Of a stretch of 64,000 bases of DNA, positions 13,001-28,000 are shown in pieces. The stretch spans positions 409,386,001 through 409,450,000 of the forward strand of contig OZ024741.1 in NCBI GenBank assembly GCA_964016885.1, given 5' to 3'. Position numbers and translations under genes: made by a program. The notes below the pieces were generated by a model. It saw only the letters and a program-made list of their open reading frames with translations. It did not search any database and was not told the DNA's origin. How positions within the stretch are numbered: position 1 is the stretch's first letter; every line of letters starts with the position of its first letter. The stretch comes from Eledone cirrhosa. Taxonomy: Eukaryota.

Positions 13001-16000
13001 CAGAGATAGACCATGAACAAGAAGGTTAGATAACATCCATATGGTTGGTGGAGAGACAGAGATAGACCATGAACAAGAAGGTTAGATAACATCCATATGG
13101 TTGGTGGAGAGACAGAGATAGACCATGAACAAGAAGGTTACATAACATCCATATGGTTGGTGGAGAGACAGAGATAGACCATGAACAAGAAGGTTAGATA
13201 ACATCCATATGGTTGGTGGAGAGACAGAGATAGACCATGAACAAGAAGGTTAGATAACATCCATATGACTGGTGGAGAGACAGAGATAGACCATGAACAA
13301 GAAGGTTAGATAACATCCATATGGTTGGTGGAGAGACAGAGATAGACCATGAACAAGAAGGTTAGATAACATCCATATGGTTGGTGGAGAGACAGAGATA
13401 GACCATGAACAAGAAGGTTAGATAACATCCATATGACTGGTGGAGAGACACAGATAGACCATGAACAAGAAGGTTAGATAACATCCATACGACTGGTGGA
13501 GAGACAGAGATAGACCATGAACAAGAAGGTTGGATAACATCCATATGACTGGTGGAGAGACACAGATAGATCATGAACAAGAAGGTTAGATAACATCCAT
13601 ATGACTGGTGGAGAGACAGAGATAGACCATGAACAAGAAGGTTAGATAACATCCATATGACTGGTGGAGAGACACAGATAGACCATGAACAAGAAGGTTA
13701 GATAATATCCATATGGTTGGTGGAGAGACAGAGATAGACCATGAACAAGAAGGTTAGATAACATCCATACGACTGGTGGAGAGACAGAGATAGACCATGA
13801 ACAAGAAGGTTGGATAACATCCATATGACTGGTGGAGAGACACAGATAGACCATGAACAAGAAGGTTAGATAACATCCATATGACTGGTGGAGAGACAGA
13901 GATAGACCATGAACAAGAAGGTTAGATAATATCCATATGGTTGGTGGAGAGACAGAGATAGACCATGAACAAGAAGGTTAGATAACATCCATATGGTTGG
14001 TGGAGAGACACAGATAGACCATGAACAAGAAGGTTAGATAATATCCATATGGTTGGTGGAGAGACAGAGATAGACCATGAACAAGAAGGTTAGATAACAT
14101 CCATACGACTGGTGGAGAGACAGAGATAGACCATGAACAAGAAGGTTAGATAACATCCATATGACTGGTGGAGAGACACAGATAGACCATGAACAAGAAG
14201 GTTAGATAACATCCATACGACTGGTGGAGAGACAGAGATAGACCATGAACAAGAAGGTTAGATAACATCCATATGACTGGTGGAGAGATACAGATAGACC
14301 ATGAACAAGAAGGTTAGATAACATCCATATGACTGGTGGAGAGACACAGATAGACCATGAACAAGAAGGTTAGATAACATCCATATGGTTGGTGGAGAGA
14401 CAGAGATAGACAATGAACAAGAAGGTTAGATAACATCCATACGACTGGTGGAGAGACAGAGATAGACCATGAACAAGAAGGTTAGATAACATCCATATGA
14501 CTGGTGGAGAGACACAGATAGACCATGAACAAGAAGGTTAGATAACATCCATACGACTGGTGGAGAGACAGAGATAGACCATGAACAAGAAGGTTAGATA
14601 ACATCCATACGACTGGTGGAGAGACACAGATAGACCATGAACAAGAAGGTTAGATAACATCCATATGACTGGTGGAGAGACACAGATAGACCATGAACAA
14701 GAACGTTAGATAATATCTATATGACTGGTGGAGAGACAGAGATAGACCATGAACAAGAAGGTTAGATAACATCCATATGACTGGTGGAGAGACACAGATA
14801 GACCATGAAAAAGAAGGTTAGATAACATCCATACGACTGGTGGAGAGACAGAGATAGACCATGAACAATAAGGTTAGATAACATCCATATGACTGGTGGA
14901 GAGACAGAGATAGACCATGAAAAAGAAGGTTAGATAACATCCATACGACTGGTGGAGAGACAGAGATAGACCATGAACAATAAGGTTAGATAACATCCAT
15001 ATGACTGGTGGAGAGACAGAGATAGACCATGAAAAAGAAGGTTAGATAACATCCATATGACTGGTGGAGAGACAGAGATAGACCATGAACAAGAAGGTTA
15101 GATAACATCCATATGACTGGTGGAGAGCCAGAGATAGACCATGAACAAGAAGGTTAGATAACATCCATATGGTTGGTGGAGAGACAGAGATAGACCATGA
15201 ACAAGAAGGTTAGACAACATCCATATGACTGGTGGAGAGACAGAGATAGACCATGAACAAGAAGGTTAGATAACATCCATATGGTTGGTGGAGAGACAGA
15301 GATAGACCATGAACAAGAAGGTTAGACAACATCCATATGGTTGGTGGAGAGACAGAGATAGACCATGAACAAGAAGGTTAGATAACATCCATATTGTTGG
15401 TGGAGAGACAGAGATAGACCATGAACAAGAAGGTTAGATAACATCCATATGACTGGTGGAGAGACAGAGATAGACCATGAACAAGAAGGTTAGATAACAT
15501 CCATATGGTTGGTGGAGAGACAGAGATAGACCATGAACAAGAAGGTTAGATAACATCCATATGGTTGGTGGAGAGACAGAGATAGACCATGAACAAGAAG
15601 GTTAGATAACATCCATATGACTGGTGGAGAGACAGAGATAGACCATGAACAAGAAGGTTAGATAACATCCATATGACTGGTGGAGAGACAGAGATAGACC
15701 ATGAACAAGAAGGTTAGATAACATCCATATGGTTGGTGGAGAGACAGAGATAGACCATGAACAAGAAGGTTAGATAACATCCATATGGTTGGTGGAGAGA
15801 CAGAGATAGACCATGAACAAGAAGGTTAGATAACATCCATATGGTTGGTGGAGAGACAGAGATAGACCATGAACAAGAAGGTTAGATAACATCCATATGA
15901 CTGGTGGAGAGACAGAGATAGACCATGAACAAGAAGGTTAGATAACATCCATATGGTTGGTGGAGAGACAGAGATAGACCATGAACAAGAAGGTTAGATA

Positions 16001-19000
16001 ACATCCATATGGTTGGTGGAGAGACAGAGATAGACCATGAACAAGAAGGTTAGATAACATCCATATGGTTGGTGGAGAGACAGAGATAGACCATGAACAA
16101 GAAGGTTAGATAACATCCATATTGTTGGTGGAGAGACAGAGATAGACCATGAACAAGAAGGTTAGATAACATCCATATGGTTGGTGGAGAGACAGAGATA
16201 GACCATGAACAAGAAGGTTAGATAACATCCATATGACTGGTGGAGAGACAGAGATAGACCATGAACAAGAAGGTTAGATAACATCCATACGACTGGTGGA
16301 GAGACAGAGATAGACCATGAACAAGAAGGTTAGATAACATCCATATGACTGGTGGAGAGACAGAGATAGACCATGAACAAGAAGGTTAGATAACATCCAT
16401 ACGACTGGTGGAGAGACAGAGATAGACCATGAACAAGAAGGTTAGATAACATCCATATGACTGGTGGAGAGACACAGATAGACCATGAACAAGAAGGTTA
16501 GATAACATCCATATGACTGGTGGAGAGACACAGATAGACCATGAACAAGAACGTTAGATAATATCTATATGACTGGTGGAGAGACAGAGATAGACCATGA
16601 ACAAGAAGGTTAGATAACATCCATATGACTGGTGGAGAGACACAGATAGACCATGAAAAAGAAGGTTAGATAACATCCATACGACTGGTGGAGAGACAGA
16701 GATAGACCATGAACAATAAGGTTAGATAACATCCATATGACTGGTGGAGAGACAGAGATAGACCATGAAAAAGAAGGTTAGATAACATCCATACGACTGG
16801 TGGAGAGACAGAGATAGACCATGAACAATAAGGTTAGATAACATCCATATGACTGGTGGAGAGACAGAGATAGACCATGAAAAAGAAGGTTAGATAACAT
16901 CCATATGACTGGTGGAGAGACAGAGATAGACCATGAACAAGAAGGTTAGATAACATCCATATGACTGGTGGAGAGCCAGAGATAGACCATGAACAAGAAG
17001 GTTAGATAACATCCATATGGTTGGTGGAGAGACAGAGATAGACCATGAACAAGAAGGTTAGACAACATCCATATGACTGGTGGAGAGACAGAGATAGACC
17101 ATGAACAAGAAGGTTAGATAACATCCATATGGTTGGTGGAGAGACAGAGATAGACCATGAACAAGAAGGTTAGATAACATCCATATGGTTGGTGGAGAGA
17201 CAGAGATAGACCATGAACAAGAAGGTTAGACAACATCCATATGGTTGGTGGAGAGACAGAGATAGACCATGAACAAGAAGGTTAGATAACATCCATATTG
17301 TTGGTGGAGAGACAGAGATAGACCATGAACAAGAAGGTTAGATAACATCCATATGACTGGTGGAGAGACAGAGATAGACCATGAACAAGAAGGTTAGATA
17401 ACATCCATATGGTTGGTGGAGAGACAGAGATAGACCATGAACAAGAAGGTTAGATAACATCCATATGGTTGGTGGAGAGACAGAGATAGACCATGAACAA
17501 GAAGGTTAGATAACATCCATATGACTGGTGGAGAGACAGAGATAGACCATGAACAAGAAGGTTAGATAACATCCATATGACTGGTGGAGAGACAGAGATA
17601 GACCATGAACAAGAAGGTTAGATAACATCCATATGGTTGGTGGATAGACAGAGATAGACCATGAACAAGAAGGTTAGATAACATCCATATGGTTGGTGGA
17701 GAGACAGAGATAGACCATGAACAAGAAGGTTAGATAACATCCATATGGTTGGTGGAGAGACAGAGATAGACCATGAACAAGAAGGTTAGATAACATCCAT
17801 ATGACTGGTGGAGAGACAGAGATAGACCATGAACAAGAAGGTTAGATAACATCCATATGGTTGGTGGAGAGACAGAGATAGACCATGAACAAGAAGGTTA
17901 GATAACATCCATATGGTTGGTGGAGAGACAGAGATAGACCATGAACAAGAAGGTTAGATAACATCCATATGGTTGGTGGAGAGACAGAGATAGACCATGA
18001 ACAAGAAGGTTAGATAACATCCATATGACTGGTGGAGAGACAGAGATAGACCATGAACAAGAAGGTTAGATAACATCCATATGGTTGGTGGAGAGACAGA
18101 GATAGACCATGAACAAGAAGGTTAGATAACATCCATATGGTTGGTGGAGAGACAGAGATAGACCATGAACAAGAAGGTTAGATAACATCCATATGGTTGG
18201 TGGAGAGACAGAGATAGACCATGAACAAGAAGGTTAGATAACATCCATATGGTTGGTGGAGAGACAGAGATAGACCATGAACAAGAAGGTTAGATAACAT
18301 CCATATGGTTGGTGGAGAGACAGAGATAGACCATGAACAAGAAGGTTAGATAACATCCATATGGTTGGTGGAGAGACAGAGATAGACCATGAACAAGAAG
18401 GTTAGATAACATCCATATGGTTGGTGGAGAGACAGAGATAGACCATGAACAAGAAGGTTAGATAACATCCATATGGTTGGTGGAGAGACAGAGATAGACC
18501 ATGAACAAGAAGGTTAGATAACATCCATATGGTTGGTGGAGAGACAGAGATAGACCATGAACAAGAAGGTTAGATAACATCCATATGACTGGTGGAGAGA
18601 CAGAGATAGACCATGAACAAGAAGGTTAGATAACATCCATATGACTGGTGGAGAGACACAGATAGACCATGAACAAGAAGGTTAGATAACATCCATACGA
18701 CTGGTGGAGAGACAGAGATAGACCATGAACAAGAAGGTTAGATAACATCCATATGACTGGTGGAGAGACACAGATAGACCATGAACAAGAAGGTTAGATA
18801 ACATCCATATGGTTGGTGGAGAGACAGAGATAGACCATGAACAAGAAGGTTAGATAACATCCATATGACTGGTGGAGAGACACAGATAGACCATGAACAA
18901 GAAGGTTAGATAACATCCATATGGTTGGTGGAGAGACAGAGATAGACCATGAACAAGAAGGTTAGATAACATCCATACGACTGGTGGAGAGACAGAGATA

Positions 19001-22000
19001 GACCATGAACAAGAAGGTTAGATAACATCCATATGACTGGTGGAGAGACACAGATAGACCATGAACAAGAAGGTTAGATAACATCCATACGACTGGTGGA
19101 GAGACAGAGATAGACCATGAACAAGAAGGTTGGATAACATCCATATGACTGGTGGAGAGACACAGATAGACCATGAACAAGAAGGTTAGATAACATCCAT
19201 ATGACTGGTGGAGAGACAGAGATAGACCATGAACAAGAAGGTTAGATAACATCCATATGACTGGTGGAGAGACACAGATAGACCATGAACAAGAAGGTTA
19301 GATAATATCCATATGGTTGGTGGAGAGACAGAGATAGACCATGAACAAGAAGGTTAGATAACATCCATACGACTGGTGGAGAGACAGAGATAGACCATGA
19401 ACAAGAAGGTTAGATAACATCCATATGACTGGTGGAGAGACACAGATAGACCATGAACAAGAAGGTTAGATAACATCCATACGACTGGTGGAGAGACAGA
19501 GATAGACCATGAACAAGAAGGTTAGATAACATCCATATGACTGGTGGAGAGATACAGATAGACCATGAACAAGAAGGTTAGATAACATCCATATGACTGG
19601 TGGAGAGACACAGATAGACCATGAACAAGAAGGTTAGATAACATCCATATGGTTGGTGGAGAGACAGAGATAGACCATGAACAAGAAGGTTAGATAACAT
19701 CCATACGACTGGTGGAGAGACAGAGATAGACCATGAACAAGAAGGTTAGATAACATCCATATGACTGGTGGAGAGACACAGATAGACCATGAACAAGAAG
19801 GTTAGATAACATCCATACGACTGGTGGAGAGACAGAGATAGACCATGAACAAGAAGGTTAGATAACATCCATATGACTGGTGGAGAGACACAGATAGACC
19901 ATGAACAAGAAGGTTAGATAACATCCATACGACTGGTGGAGAGACAGAGATAGACCATGAACAATAAGGTTAGATAACATCCATATGACTGGTGGAGAGA
20001 CAGAGATAGACCATGAAAAAGAAGGTTAGATAACATCCATACGACTGGTGGAGAGACAGAGATAGACCATGAACAATAAGGTTAGATAACATCCATATGA
20101 CTGGTGGAGAGACAGAGATAGACCATGAAAAAGAAGGTTAGATAACATCCATATGACTGGTGGAGAGACAGAGATAGACCATGAACAAGAAGGTTAGATA
20201 ACATCCATATGACTGGTGGAGAGCCAGAGATAGACCATGAACAAGAAGGTTAGATAACATCCATATGGTTGGTGGAGAGACAGAGATAGACCATGAACAA
20301 GAAGGTTAGACAACATCCATATGACTGGTGGAGAGACAGAGATAGACCATGAACAAGAAGGTTAGATAACATCCATATGGTTGGTGGAGAGACAGAGATA
20401 GACCATGAACAAGAAGGTTAGATAACATCCATATGGTTGGTGGAGAGACAGAGATAGACCATGAACAAGAAGGTTAGACAACATCCATATGGTTGGTGGA
20501 GAGACAGAGATAGACCATGAACAAGAAGGTTAGATAACATCCATATTGTTGGTGGAGAGACAGAGATAGACCATGAACAAGAAGGTTAGATAACATCCAT
20601 ATGACTGGTGGAGAGACAGAGATAGACCATGAACAAGAAGGTTAGATAACATCCATATGGTTGGTGGAGAGACAGAGATAGACCATGAACAAGAAGGTTA
20701 GATAACATCCATATGGTTGGTGGAGGGACAGAGATAGACCATGAACAAGAAGGTTAGACAACATCCATATGGTTGGTGGAGAGACAGAGATAGACCATGA
20801 ACAAGAAGGTTAGATAACATCCATATGGTTGGTGGAGAGACAGAGATAGACCATGAACAAGAAGGTTAGATAACATCCATATGACTGGTGGAGAGACAGA
20901 GATAGACCTTGAACAAGAAGGTTAGATAACATCCATATGACTGGTGGGGAGACAGAGATAGACCATGAACAAGAAGGTTAGACAGCATCCATATGGTTGG
21001 TGGAGAGACAGAGATAGACCATGAACAAGAAGGTTAGATAACATCCATATGGTTGGTGGAGAGACAGAGATAGACCATGAACAAGAAGGTTAGATAACAT
21101 CCATATGGTTGGTGGAGAGACAGAGATAGACCATGAACAAGAAGGTTAGATAACATCCATATGACTGGTGGAGAGACAGAGATAGACCATGAACAAGAAG
21201 GTTAGATAACATCCATATGACTGGTGGAGAGACAGAGATAGACCATGAACAAGAAGGTTAGATAACATCCATATGGTTGGTGGAGAGACAGAGATAGACC
21301 ATGAACAAGAAGGTTAGATAACATCCATATGGTTGGTGGAGAGACAGAGATAGACCATGAACAAGAAGGTTAGATAACATCCATATGGTTGGTGGAGAGA
21401 CAGAGATAGACCATGAACAAGAAGGTTAGATAACATCCATATGACTGGTGGAGAGACACAGATAGACCATGAACAAGAAGGTTAGATAACATCCATATGG
21501 TTGGTGGAGAGACAGAGATAGACCATGAACAAGAAGGTTAGATAACATCCATATGGTTGGTGGAGAGACAGAGATAGACCATGAACAAGAAGGTTAGATA
21601 ACATCCATATGGTTGGTGGAGAGACAGAGATAGACCATGAACAAGAAGGTTAGATAACATCCATATGACTGGTGGAGAGACAGAGATAGACCATGAACAA
21701 GAAGGTTAGATAACATCCATATGGTTGGTGGAGAGACAGAGATAGACCATGAACAAGGTTAGATAACATCCATATGGTTGGTGGAGAGACAGAGATAGAC
21801 CATGAACAAGAAGGTTAGATAACATCCATATGGTTGGTGGAGAGACAGAGATAGACCATAAACAAGAAGGTTAGATAACATCCATATGGTTGGTGGAGAG
21901 ACAGAGATAGACCATGAACAAGAAGGTTAGATAACATCCATATGGTTGGTGGAGAGACAGAGATAGACCATGAACAAGAAGGGTAGATAACATCCATATG

Positions 22001-25000
22001 GTTGGTGGAGAGACAGAGATAGACCATGAACAAGAAGGTTAGATAACATCCATATGGTTGGTGGAGAGACAGAGATAGACCATGAACAAGAAGGTTACAT
22101 AACATCCATATGGTTGGTGGAGAGACAGAGATAGACCATGAACAAGAAGGTTAGATAACATCCATATGGTTGGTGGAGAGACAGAGATAGACCATGAACA
22201 AGAAGGTTAGATAACATCCATATGACTGGTGGAGAGACAGAGATAGACCATGAACAAGAAGGTTAGATAACATCCATATGGTTGGTGGAGAGACAGAGAT
22301 AGACCATGAACAAGAAGGTTAGATAACATCCATATGGTTGGTGGAGAGACACAGATAGACCATGAACAAGAAGGTTAGATAACATCCATATGACTGGTGG
22401 AGAGACACAGATAGACCATGAACAAGAAGGTTAGATAACATCCATACGACTGGTGGAGAGACAGAGATAGACCATGAACAAGAAGGTTGGATAACATCCA
22501 TATGACTGGTGGAGAGACACAGATAGATCATGAACAAGAAGGTTAGATAACATCCATATGACTGGTGGAGAGACAGAGATAGACCATGAACAAGAAGGTT
22601 AGATAACATCCATATGACTGGTGGAGAGACACAGATAGACCATGAACAAGAAGGTTAGATAATATCCATATGGTTGGTGGAGAGACAGAGATAGACCATG
22701 AACAAGAAGGTTAGATAACATCCATACGACTGGTGGAGAGACAGAGATAGACCATGAACAAGAAGGTTGGATAACATCCATATGACTGGTGGAGAGACAC
22801 AGATAGACCATGAACAAGAAGGTTAGATAACATCCATATGACTGGTGGAGAGACAGAGATAGACCATGAACAAGAAGGTTAGATAATATCCATATGGTTG
22901 GTGGAGAGACAGAGATAGACCATGAACAAGAAGGTTAGATAACATCCATATGGTTGGTGGAGAGACACAGATAGACCATGAACAAGAAGGTTAGATAATA
23001 TCCATATGGTTGGTGGAGAGACAGAGATAGACCATGAACAAGAAGGTTAGATAACATCCATACGACTGGTGGAGAGACAGAGATAGACCATGAACAAGAA
23101 GGTTAGATAACATCCATATGACTGGTGGAGAGACACAGATAGACCATGAACAAGAAGGTTAGATAACATCCATACGACTGGTGGAGAGACAGAGATAGAC
23201 CATGAACAAGAAGGTTAGATAACATCCATATGACTGGTGGAGAGATACAGATAGACCATGAACAAGAAGGTTAGATAACATCCATATGACTGGTGGAGAG
23301 ACACAGATAGACCATGAACAAGAAGGTTAGATAACATCCATATGGTTGGTGGAGAGACAGAGATAGACAATGAACAAGAAGGTTAGATAACATCCATACG
23401 ACTGGTGGAGAGACAGAGATAGACCATGAACAAGAAGATTAGATAACATCCATATGACTGGTGGAGAGACACAGATAGACCATGAACAAGAAGGTTAGAT
23501 AACATCCATACGACTGGTGGAGAGACAGAGATAGACCATGAACAAGAAGGTTAGATAACATCCATATGACTGGTGGAGAGACACAGATAGACCATGAACA
23601 AGAAGGTTAGATAACATCCATATGACTGGTGGAGAGACACAGATAGACCATGAACAAGAACGTTAGATAATATCTATATGACTGGTGGAGAGACAGAGAT
23701 AGACCATGAACAAGAAGGTTAGATAACATCCATATGACTGGTGGAGAGACACAGATAGACCATGAAAAAGAAGGTTAGATAACATCCATACGACTGGTGG
23801 AGAGACAGAGATAGACCATGAACAATAAGGTTAGATAACATCCATATGACTGGTGGAGAGACAGAGATAGACCATGAAAAAGAAGGTTAGATAACATCCA
23901 TACGACTGGTGGAGAGACAGAGATAGACCATGAACAATAAGGTTAGATAACATCCATATGACTGGTGGAGAGACAGAGATAGACCATGAAAAAGAAGGTT
24001 AGATAACATCCATATGACTGGTGGAGAGACAGAGATAGACCATGAACAAGAAGGTTAGATAACATCCATATGACTGGTGGAGAGCCAGAGATAGACCATG
24101 AACAAGAAGGTTAGATAACATCCATATGGTTGGTGGAGAGACAGAGATAGACCATGAACAAGAAGGTTAGACAACATCCATATGACTGGTGGAGAGACAG
24201 AGATAGACCATGAACAAGAAGGTTAGATAACATCCATATGGTTGGTGGAGAGACAGAGATAGACCATGAACAAGAAGGTTAGACAACATCCATATGGTTG
24301 GTGGAGAGACAGAGATAGACCATGAACAAGAAGGTTAGATAACATCCATATTGTTGGTGGAGAGACAGAGATAGACCATGAACAAGAAGGTTAGATAACA
24401 TCCATATGACTGGTGGAGAGACAGAGATAGACCATGAACAAGAAGGTTAGATAACATCCATATGGTTGGTGGAGAGACAGAGATAGACCATGAACAAGAA
24501 GGTTAGATAACATCCATATGGTTGGTGGAGAGACAGAGATAGACCATGAACAAGAAGGTTAGATAACATCCATATGACTGGTGGAGAGACAGAGATAGAC
24601 CATGAACAAGAAGGTTAGATAACATCCATATGACTGGTGGAGAGACAGAGATAGACCATGAACAAGAAGGTTAGATAACATCCATATGGTTGGTGGAGAG
24701 ACAGAGATAGACCATGAACAAGAAGGTTAGATAACATCCATATGGTTGGTGGAGAGACAGAGATAGACCATGAACAAGAAGGTTAGATAACATCCATATG
24801 GTTGGTGGAGAGACAGAGATAGACCATGAACAAGAAGGTTAGATAACATCCATATGACTGGTGGAGAGACAGAGATAGACCATGAACAAGAAGGTTAGAT
24901 AACATCCATATGGTTGGTGGAGAGACAGAGATAGACCATGAACAAGAAGGTTAGATAACATCCATATGGTTGGTGGAGAGACAGAGATAGACCATGAACA

Positions 25001-28000
25001 AGAAGGTTAGATAACATCCATATGGTTGGTGGAGAGACAGAGATAGACCATGAACAAGAAGGTTAGATAACATCCATATTGTTGGTGGAGAGACAGAGAT
25101 AGACCATGAACAAGAAGGTTAGATAACATCCATATGGTTGGTGGAGAGACAGAGATAGACCATGAACAAGAAGGTTAGATAACATCCATATGACTGGTGG
25201 AGAGACAGAGATAGACCATGAACAAGAAGGTTAGATAACATCCATACGACTGGTGGAGAGACAGAGATAGACCATGAACAAGAAGGTTAGATAACATCCA
25301 TATGACTGGTGGAGAGACAGAGATAGACCATGAACAAGAAGGTTAGATAACATCCATACGACTGGTGGAGAGACAGAGATAGACCATGAACAAGAAGGTT
25401 AGATAACATCCATATGACTGGTGGAGAGACACAGATAGACCATGAACAAGAAGGTTAGATAACATCCATATGACTGGTGGAGAGACACAGATAGACCATG
25501 AACAAGAACGTTAGATAATATCTATATGACTGGTGGAGAGACAGAGATAGACCATGAACAAGAAGGTTAGATAACATCCATATGACTGGTGGAGAGACAC
25601 AGATAGACCATGAAAAAGAAGGTTAGATAACATCCATACGACTGGTGGAGAGACAGAGATAGACCATGAACAATAAGGTTAGATAACATCCATATGACTG
25701 GTGGAGAGACAGAGATAGACCATGAAAAAGAAGGTTAGATAACATCCATACGACTGGTGGAGAGACAGAGATAGACCATGAACAATAAGGTTAGATAACA
25801 TCCATATGACTGGTGGAGAGACAGAGATAGACCATGAAAAAGAAGGTTAGATAACATCCATATGACTGGTGGAGAGACAGAGATAGACCATGAACAAGAA
25901 GGTTAGATAACATCCATATGACTGGTGGAGAGCCAGAGATAGACCATGAACAAGAAGGTTAGATAACATCCATATGGTTGGTGGAGAGACAGAGATAGAC
26001 CATGAACAAGAAGGTTAGACAACATCCATATGACTGGTGGAGAGACAGAGATAGACCATGAACAAGAAGGTTAGATAACATCCATATGGTTGGTGGAGAG
26101 ACAGAGATAGACCATGAACAAGAAGGTTAGATAACATCCATATGGTTGGTGGAGAGACAGAGATAGACCATGAACAAGAAGGTTAGACAACATCCATATG
26201 GTTGGTGGAGAGACAGAGATAGACCATGAACAAGAAGGTTAGATAACATCCATATTGTTGGTGGAGAGACAGAGATAGACCATGAACAAGAAGGTTAGAT
26301 AACATCCATATGACTGGTGGAGAGACAGAGATAGACCATGAACAAGAAAGTTAGATAACATCCATATGGTTGGTGGAGAGACAGAGATAGACCATGAACA
26401 AGAAGGTTAGATAACATCCATATGGTTGGTGGAGAGACAGAGATAGACCATGAACAAGAAGGTTAGATAACATCCATATGACTGGTGGAGAGACAGAGAT
26501 AGACCATGAACAAGAAGGTTAGATAACATCCATATGACTGGTGGAGAGACAGAGATAGACCATGAACAAGAAGGTTAGATAACATCCATATGGTTGGTGG
26601 AGAGACAGAGATAGACCATGAACAAGAAGGTTAGATAACATCCATATGGTTGGTGGAGAGACAGAGATAGACCATGAACAAGAAGGTTAGATAACATCCA
26701 TATGGTTGGTGGAGAGACAGAGATAGACCATGAACAAGAAGGTTAGATAACATCCATATGACTGGTGGAGAGACAGAGATAGACCATGAACAAGAAGGTT
26801 AGATAACATCCATATGGTTGGTGGAGAGACAGAGATAGACCATGAACAAGAAGGTTAGATAACATCCATATGGTTGGTGGAGAGACAGAGATAGACCATG
26901 AACAAGAAGGTTAGATAACATCCATATGGTTGGTGGAGAGACAGAGATAGACCATGAACAAGAAGGTTAGATAACATCCATATGGTTGGTGGAGAGACAG
27001 AGATAGACCATGAACAAGAAGGTTAGATAACATCCATATGGTTGGTGGAGAGACAGAGATAGACCATGAACAAGAAGGTTAGATAACATCCATATGGTTG
27101 GTGGAGAGACAGAGATAGACCATGAACAAGAAGGTTAGATAACATCCATATGGTTGGTGGAGAGACAGAGATAGACCATGAACAAGAAGGTTAGATAACA
27201 TCCATATGGTTGGTGGAGAGACAGAGATAGACCATGAACAAGAAGGTTAGATAACATCCATATGGTTGGTGGAGAGACAGAGATAGACCATGAACAAGAA
27301 GGTTAGATAACATCCATATGGTTGGTGGAGAGACAGAGATAGACCATGAACAAGAAGGTTAGATAACATCCATATGACTGGTGGAGAGACAGAGATAGAC
27401 CATGAACAAGAAGGTTAGATAACATCCATATGGTTGGTGGAGAGACAGAGATAGACCATGAACAAGAAGGTTAGATAACATCCATATGGTTGGTGGAGAG
27501 ACAGAGATAGACCATGAACAAGAAGGTTAGATAACATCCATATGACTGGTGGAGAGACACAGATAGACCATGAACAAGAAGGTTAGATAACATCCATACG
27601 ACTGGTGGAGAGACAGAGATAGACCATGAACAAGAAGGTTAGATAACATCCATATGACTGGTGGAGAGACACAGATAGACCATGAACAATAAGGTTAGAT
27701 AATATCCATATGGTTGGTGGAGAGACAGAGATAGACCATGAACAAGAAGGTTAGATAACATCCATACGACTGGTGGAGAGACAGAGATAGACCATGAACA
27801 AGAAGGTTGGATAACATCCATATGACTGGTGGAGAGACACAGATAGACCATGAACAAGAAGGTTAGATAACATCCATATGACTGGTGGAGAGACAGAGAT
27901 AGACCATGAACAAGAAGGTTAGATAACATCCATATGACTGGTGGAGAGACACAGATAGACCATGAACAAGAAGGTTAGATAATATCCATATGGTTGGTGG